Source: Kofleriaceae bacterium
GTDB lineage: Bacteria > Myxococcota_A > Polyangia > Haliangiales > Haliangiaceae
DNA: 64,000 nucleotides
Reading direction: 5' to 3'
Assembly (NCBI GenBank): GCA_965215005.1
Contig: CBDCCZ010000042.1
Span: 128,001-192,000, forward strand
How positions within the stretch are numbered: the stretch's first letter is position 1; each line of letters opens with the position of its first letter. The translations under genes and the position numbers were made by a program. This document shows, piece by piece, positions 57,670 to 64,000 of this stretch. The notes below the pieces were generated by a model, which had not been told where the DNA came from, did no database searches, and worked only from the letters and a program-made list of their open reading frames with translations.

Positions 57670-58296
57670 GTGGATACGCAGGTGTTACTCGTCCGGCACG
57701 GTGTCACCGACTGGCACCGCGAGGGTAAGCTCCTGGGCCACCGGGACATCGCGCTGAGCGACGAGGGGCTTGCGCAAGCGCGCTCGGCAGCCGAGGCGCT
57801 CGCCGGCTTGCGGATCGCCGAGGTGATCTCGAGTCCGCTGCTCCGCGCCCTGCAGACCGCCGAGCTCATCGGCGCGCGGTTTGGAATCGAGATCGCGCGC
57901 GACCCGCGGCTGATCGACTTCCGCGTCGGCCAGTGGGAAGGCATGCGCTACGCCGACATCGCCGCCTCGAGCGAGTACAACCGCTTCATCACAGATCCGC
58001 TATCCGAGAGCATCCCCGGCGGCGAAAACCTCGCCGCGGTACGACAGCGGGCGGTGGCTGCCATCGATCAAGCGCTGGAAGACAATCCCACTGGCGATGC
58101 CATCGCCGTCATCACCCACGCCGGCATCATTCGGGTGCTGCTCACCCACTACCTCGGCTCACCCGCCGCCAACTACCACAAGCTTCGCGTGGTGCCAGGC
58201 TCGGTGTCGGTGCTGTCCTTCGATGGCGACGACCAGACCCCGCGGGTGTTGGCCATCAACTGGTGCGCGGGCCTCGAGCCGGTGGTCGCGCCGTGA
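57670..58296 (+). CDS. Histidine phosphatase family protein (PGM/CobC-like)
   Basis: LVRHG, SSPLLRALQTA, GQWEG, PGGE, ITHAGIIR; GTG start 57670. Confidence 0.92.
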   Translation: MDTQVLLVRHGVTDWHREGKLLGHRDIALSDEGLAQARSAAEALAGLRIAEVISSPLLRALQTAELIGARFGIEIARDPRLIDFRVGQWEGMRYADIAASSEYNRFITDPLSESIPGGENLAAVRQRAVAAIDQALEDNPTGDAIAVITHAGIIRVLLTHYLGSPAANYHKLRVVPGSVSVLSFDGDDQTPRVLAINWCAGLEPVVAP

Positions 58297-58400
58297 GCTG
58301 GGAGCCCTTGGCGTTGGCCGTCCTGCTCGGACTGCTGGTGTCATCCGCGATCTACTTCGTCTTCTCGTGGCCGGCTCGCGAGCCTGGTCCCGACGAATGA
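58293..58400 (+). CDS. Putative 35-aa single-TM microprotein
   Basis: GTG overlaps the upstream TGA (GTGA); MSWEPLALAVLLGLLVSSAIYFVFSWPAREPGPDE. Confidence 0.5.
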   Translation: MSWEPLALAVLLGLLVSSAIYFVFSWPAREPGPDE

Positions 58401-58415
58401 TCTACTCTTGAGCCA

Positions 58416-59792
58416 ATGCCGCGGACGCATGGCTGGGCGTTGCTGGCGCTCGTGGTCCTGGGCTCGCACGCCGCCGCCGAGCCGCGTCGGCGCCCGCAGC
58501 AGACTAGAATCGCTCACCGCGCCGCCAGCGCGCAGCCAATGCTCGGCCCGGCGCTCGCGCCGGTCACCCTCGAGTACTTCCTCGATCCGGGCGAGCACGG
58601 GGGCGAGCGGCTCTATCACGACCTCGAGCGACTGGCTGCGCGTCACCCGAGCCGGCTGCGCATCATTTACCGACTGGAGAGCCACGCCGCCAGCCGAGCC
58701 GCGCTCGCCGAAGCCGCGGTCGAGGCCGCGGCGCAAGGACACTTCGCGGCGTTTCTCGAAGCTGCTTGGCAGCGCCCGGTGCACACCGATGAAGCGATCG
58801 CCGCCGTCGCCGCCAAGGTTGGTATCGATGAGCGCGAGCTTCGCCGCGCCTGGAAAACCCGCCGCCACGCAGCGACGCTCGAGGACAATGCCCGCTGGCG
58901 GCGGCGGCGTCGCGTGCAACAGCGCCCGGGGCTGCTCTTCAACGGGGTCGAGCCGTTGGTGCGACCGCGAGCGATGAATCTCGAGCAGCTCGAGGCGGCG
59001 TACGACGAGGCGTATGGGCGTGCCGCAGCAGCCCTCGCGGAGGGCATCCCGCTGGCGCAGCTCTACCCGGTGCTGCTCGCGCGGGTCGACGACGCCTACG
59101 ATCCCGGGCCGCTGCCGATCGGCCTGATCGAAGGCAGTAGCAATCGCAACGGTCATCTTCCCGCGCCGTTGGCCCCGCTCATGAGGGAGCTGCCGGCGCC
59201 TGGGCCAGAGCCCCATCGCGGCGCCGACGACGCGCGGGTTCGCATCCAGTTTTTCTGCAACCTGGTCTCGACCTATTGCGCTCGTCAGAGCGCCAGCCTC
59301 ACCCAGCTCGTCGACGTGTTCGCCGGCGAGGTGCAGGTCGTGTTCCTTCCCATCGCCACCGGCGAGCCTGACACTGACGCGCTCGGGCGCCAGCTGGCCG
59401 AGGCGCTGTGGTGCGCCGGCGAACGCGGTCATTATTGGGAATTCTACGATCGCGCGTTCGAGCTGCGCCGCGCTCACCAGCGGCGGCGGATGAGCGCCCG
59501 CGAGCGCGTCGAGGACATCAGCGCCGGCCTGGGCCTCGAGGGCGACGTGCTCTGGAGCTGCGTTGCCGCCGGCACCTACACCCGCACCGTGCAGCGCACG
59601 ATGCGAGCCGCTGCACGCGCGGGGATCGATGCGGCGCCGAGCGTGCTGCTCGCCTCACGCCTGCACGTCGGCACCAAACCGCTGGAGGGGCTCATCGCCT
59701 TGGTGCTGCGCGAGCTCGAGCCCGGGCTTCTCGAGCAGTGGCTGCCGAGTTGGCTGCCGGAGTCGCTTCGCGGAGCACGGCCGACGCAGTGA
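58416..59792 (+). CDS. Exported protein with two DsbA-like thioredoxin domains (degenerate active sites)
   Basis: Signal peptide; GPALAPVTLEYFLD...PGLLFNG; RGADDARVRIQFFCNLVSTYC...APSVLL. Confidence 0.8.
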   Translation: MPRTHGWALLALVVLGSHAAAEPRRRPQQTRIAHRAASAQPMLGPALAPVTLEYFLDPGEHGGERLYHDLERLAARHPSRLRIIYRLESHAASRAALAEAAVEAAAQGHFAAFLEAAWQRPVHTDEAIAAVAAKVGIDERELRRAWKTRRHAATLEDNARWRRRRRVQQRPGLLFNGVEPLVRPRAMNLEQLEAAYDEAYGRAAAALAEGIPLAQLYPVLLARVDDAYDPGPLPIGLIEGSSNRNGHLPAPLAPLMRELPAPGPEPHRGADDARVRIQFFCNLVSTYCARQSASLTQLVDVFAGEVQVVFLPIATGEPDTDALGRQLAEALWCAGERGHYWEFYDRAFELRRAHQRRRMSARERVEDISAGLGLEGDVLWSCVAAGTYTRTVQRTMRAAARAGIDAAPSVLLASRLHVGTKPLEGLIALVLRELEPGLLEQWLPSWLPESLRGARPTQ

Positions 59793-59925
59793 GTCGCGAG
59801 GAGGTCGCAGCGCGGCCGAGAGCGCGCGTACCGACTCGTGCGGCGGCGTACGAGGTGCCGCACATGGGCGAAACTACTGAGCAATCGTTGACCGGGCAGA
59901 GGCCGCCGTGGTACCTGGGAAGACC

Positions 59926-61221
<1,296 letters not shown>

Positions 61222-61354
61222 CAGCCCAGCGGCGCGGCCAGAGCGGACGAACGCTCGCCCGGAAGCCGCCGGCGGCGCGGGCGAGCCCGATTCTGTAAGG
61301 ATATGCCACTTGGTTCCTTCCCCCAATGGCGTCCAAGTGCCAATAATGCCGCGC

Positions 61355-62182
61355 ATGAGGTGGCAACGAAGTTGGCTCGTCACCGCGGCGCTCGTTCTAA
61401 CGGGATGCGCGCAGGCCTCGTCGGACGAGAACGGCAACGTCACGGCCGACAGCGGGATCACGTTGCCCGCGGACGCCGGTTTGATGGACGCGGAGCTACC
61501 TTCGTTCGGCGATGCCCAGCGACTGCCCGACGATGATGGTGGCCTGGTCGAGGTGCCGGACGCGGCGGCTCCCGCGCCGGACGCGATGGTGCCACGTCCC
61601 GATGCCTCGCCAACCCCGCAGCCGACCGCGATCACGCTGTCGCACTCGAGCTCGCCTACGGTCACCCAGGGCAACTCAGTGGCATGCCAGTATGAGGGCT
61701 CCGGCGCGACGAGCGAGAACAGCTACTATCGCGTCTTTGCCCTCGGCGAGTTCGGGATCGCAAGTCAACTCGAGATCGCCTCGATCACCATCGGCGTGCA
61801 GCTCGCCGATGCGGGCAGCGGCACCACGCAACCGGCGACGTTGCGGATCTACACGCTCAACGGCCCCTTCACGCTCGCAAACCTCCAGGAGATTGCCAGC
61901 ACCAGCGTCTCGATCAGCGATCAGAGCCTGTCGCTGCTGGACATTCCCATTGGCGCGACGGCGCCCATGGGTTCGACAATCGTGGTGGAGCTGGCGGTGC
62001 CCGACGGCCAGAGCGCGGGCCACAAATTCTACTTCGGCAGCAACGGGGCCGGCCAGAGCGCCCCGAGCTATCTGCGCGCGCCCGGCTGCTCGACGCCGCA
62101 GCCCACCGACATTGCGACGCTACCCGGCATCACCACGCCGGTGCACCTGGTCATGCAGGTAAGCGGCACGCACTATCGCTAG
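61355..62182 (+). CDS. Hypothetical lipoprotein with acidic/Pro linker and beta-rich C-terminal domain
   Basis: Lipobox LTGC; DAG/PDA linker; GNSVAC...ENSYYRVF...GSNGAGQSAPSYLRAPGC; alternative start 61346. Confidence 0.75.
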   Translation: MRWQRSWLVTAALVLTGCAQASSDENGNVTADSGITLPADAGLMDAELPSFGDAQRLPDDDGGLVEVPDAAAPAPDAMVPRPDASPTPQPTAITLSHSSSPTVTQGNSVACQYEGSGATSENSYYRVFALGEFGIASQLEIASITIGVQLADAGSGTTQPATLRIYTLNGPFTLANLQEIASTSVSISDQSLSLLDIPIGATAPMGSTIVVELAVPDGQSAGHKFYFGSNGAGQSAPSYLRAPGCSTPQPTDIATLPGITTPVHLVMQVSGTHYR

Positions 62183-62235
62183 GCAGCCACGCTCTCGCCA
62201 ACCGCTGCGTTTTCCGTCGCCGTCGACTCGGCGCA

Positions 62236-62811
62236 TCACGGCGAGCGGTTCGCCGCGGTCTCGGTCGGCTCCGTCGAGCACGCGCGTCGAGCCCACGGGT
62301 CGACGATGTCCGAGACCAGCTCCTCGTCGAGTGCGTCGCCAGTGATCACACTCAAGCTGCCGTCGCGTTCCAGCACCATCAGTCGAACCTCCGCGAGCCG
62401 ACTCACGCCGGCGCGGCGCAGCCGCTGATAGATGTCGCGACGCGAGAGGTGGGCGCGGCGCAGCCCGTCATCGAGGATCGTGCCGGCCACCATCACCACC
62501 ACCGCACGCGGATCGATGCCCCCGCCGAAGGTTGCGTGATCGCGCACGTAGCCAACCAACGCCTGCAGCGAAAACAACGTCACCAGCGCCACCAAGCCGC
62601 CGCCGAGGCTGGTCTTGGCGACTGCGGTACGGCCGATAATAGCGCCTATCGCGATGGTGACCGGAAAGTCGTAGGACGCGATCGATGTCAGACAACGCTG
62701 CCCATAAAGACGCACGAGCAAGATGACGAGCAGGTAGATTCCCGCACCGCCGGCGATCCCGACGAAGACCTCGTGCCAGCCGATCCAGATATCACGAACG
62801 AACGCTTGCAT
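62236..62811 (-). CDS. YetF/DUF421-family membrane protein
   Basis: RLYGQR, YDFPVTIAIG, three TMs, LRRAG, VLERDGSLSVI. Confidence 0.85.
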   Translation of the reverse strand: MQAFVRDIWIGWHEVFVGIAGGAGIYLLVILLVRLYGQRCLTSIASYDFPVTIAIGAIIGRTAVAKTSLGGGLVALVTLFSLQALVGYVRDHATFGGGIDPRAVVVMVAGTILDDGLRRAHLSRRDIYQRLRRAGVSRLAEVRLMVLERDGSLSVITGDALDEELVSDIVDPWARRACSTEPTETAANRSP

Positions 62812-62922
62812 GCTCTTCCCTCTATACGACGAGGGCGCAGGAGCCTCGATGCGGCTCTCGCCCGTCCTTGGACGTACGCCACAACGGCCGCATCGGCCGC
62901 GATTACTGGCGAGCAGCTTGTC

Positions 62923-62950
62923 TTGACTTCTTCGGGCGTCGCAATAGAGT
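62923..62950 (+). promoter_or_regulatory. Putative sigma-70 promoter of the metal transporter gene
   Basis: TTGACT-N16-TAGAGT. Confidence 0.5.
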
Positions 62951-63035
62951 TGGCACCCTCGCAGTGAGGTCGCTTACTAACAGCAATTCCTTGGCAATCG
63001 CGCCGCGGCGCGGCGACCAAGTAGGGCAGTAGCCA

Positions 63036-64000
63036 ATGGTGCTCGCGCTTCTCGCCGCGCTGGCCTCGGTCGCGGCAGGCGCGGCTCTTGGCAGCTTTCG
63101 TGACGTCTCCGGGCCTCGCCTCGCCGCCCTCTTCTATCCCATCCAGACCTTTGCGCTAGCGGCGGTGCTCACCAGCGTCTTTGCGCACCTCTTGCCGGAG
63201 GCGATTTCTGGAGTGGGCCCGTGGGCGCTGGTCGTGTTCGCCGCCGGCATCGCTCTGCCGCCGCTGGCGATGCGCCTGGGCGGCGATGAACATCACTCCG
63301 CGCGCGGCCATGCGATGGCCTTCGAGCTCGGCTTCGTCGGCTTGATGATCCACAAAGTCGCCGACGGCGTGGCGCTGGCGGTCTTCACCAGTGGCGAGCA
63401 CAGCGCCCACAATCATCTCGACATCATCATCGGCATTGCCGCGCACACCATCCCGGTCACTGCCATCATCGTCATCGCGTTTGCTAAGGAGCACGGCCGG
63501 CGGCCGGCGCTGCTGCGCGCCGCGCTGCTGGCGGTAGCCGTCGCCGCGGGCATGGGCGCCACCGTTGCCGGGGGCGAGATGGTCCTCGAAGCCGCCGCCC
63601 CGTGGGCGACCGCGGCGCTGGCGGGGCTGCTCCTGCACATTCTCGCCCACGATCTACCGGTCACCAGTGAGCGCACCGCGGGCGTGCGAGTGGGCGAAGC
63701 GCTGGGATTGATTCTCGGGGTCGCGGTGCCGCTGGTGCTGAGCGGTCATGGCCACGAGCATGGCCACACCCATAGCGCCATTCTCTCGGCACCGATTGCC
63801 ATTGCCGAGCTCGCATTGCAGCTCTCGCCTGCCCTGCTCCTGGGCTTGCTCGGCACTGCCTTGCTCAGTGCCTTCCGCCGCGCCAGCGATACGCGGCGCT
63901 GGCAGTCGCTGGCAGCGCCGGAGCTGTGCTTGGCAACCGTGCTCACGACGGCTGTGTTGCTGGGCGGCGTCGCGGCGGCCGCGCGGCTGGTGACGGCGCT
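63036..64000 (+). CDS. ZIP-like His-rich divalent metal transporter (partial, runs off the window)
   Basis: Not in the ORF track; my translation from ATG 63036 gives HLLPEA, IHKVADG, AAHTIP, LLHILAHD and His-rich loops (GHGHEHGHTH). Confidence 0.8.
   Translation, partial: MVLALLAALASVAAGAALGSFRDVSGPRLAALFYPIQTFALAAVLTSVFAHLLPEAISGVGPWALVVFAAGIALPPLAMRLGGDEHHSARGHAMAFELGFVGLMIHKVADGVALAVFTSGEHSAHNHLDIIIGIAAHTIPVTAIIVIAFAKEHGRRPALLRAALLAVAVAAGMGATVAGGEMVLEAAAPWATAALAGLLLHILAHDLPVTSERTAGVRVGEALGLILGVAVPLVLSGHGHEHGHTHSAILSAPIAIAELALQLSPALLLGLLGTALLSAFRRASDTRRWQSLAAPELCLATVLTTAVLLGGVAAAARLVTA

Noticed and set aside
55902..57944. 680-aa ORF suggesting a fused Lgt
   Set aside because: The N-terminal 374 codons overlap the PilZ and phosphatase genes and are Arg/Ser-rich noise; Lgt starts near 56822

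Overview
High-GC (roughly 68-70% by eye) bacterial chromosome segment, most likely Myxococcota. The assignment is an inference from the Myxococcus-type PilZ paralogue, a MYXO-CTERM-like tail, many lipoproteins, sigma-54-type promoters and a CarH-type regulator. About 55 CDS are supported; I found no rRNA, tRNA, CRISPR array or transposase. In order the window holds: an osmoprotection pair (mscS, otsA); a housekeeping block (gap-pgk-tpiA-secG-dapF and maf-yggS-yebC-ruvCAB); surface proteins (SLH, tandem Spondin_N, BPI/LBP-like, PGYGQP-repeat membrane protein); a cell-envelope modification trio; a run of blaI, blaR1 (M56 plus EF-hands), dsbA, regB, regA and two cation:proton antiporters, with a BlaI/CopY operator; a 3D-domain protein and a TonB-dependent receptor; a carotenoid operon (crtY-crtE-crtI-crtB-orf-GT2-carH-methyltransferase) with CarH-type 11-bp repeats; and a mixed accessory region. 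The best candidate for something new is the carotenoid operon. It has a glycosyltransferase but no recognisable hydroxylase, and the gap is occupied by a 192-aa membrane protein with a duplicated D-x3-H-x3-Y...E-x3-H motif. Other leads are the EF-hand BlaR1 controlling DsbA, a GPI ethanolamine-phosphate-transferase-like enzyme, a 34-bp dispersed palindrome family and apparently widespread leaderless transcription. All family calls come from recognising motifs by eye; no database search was run. Many starts were moved from the ORF track to more plausible positions.
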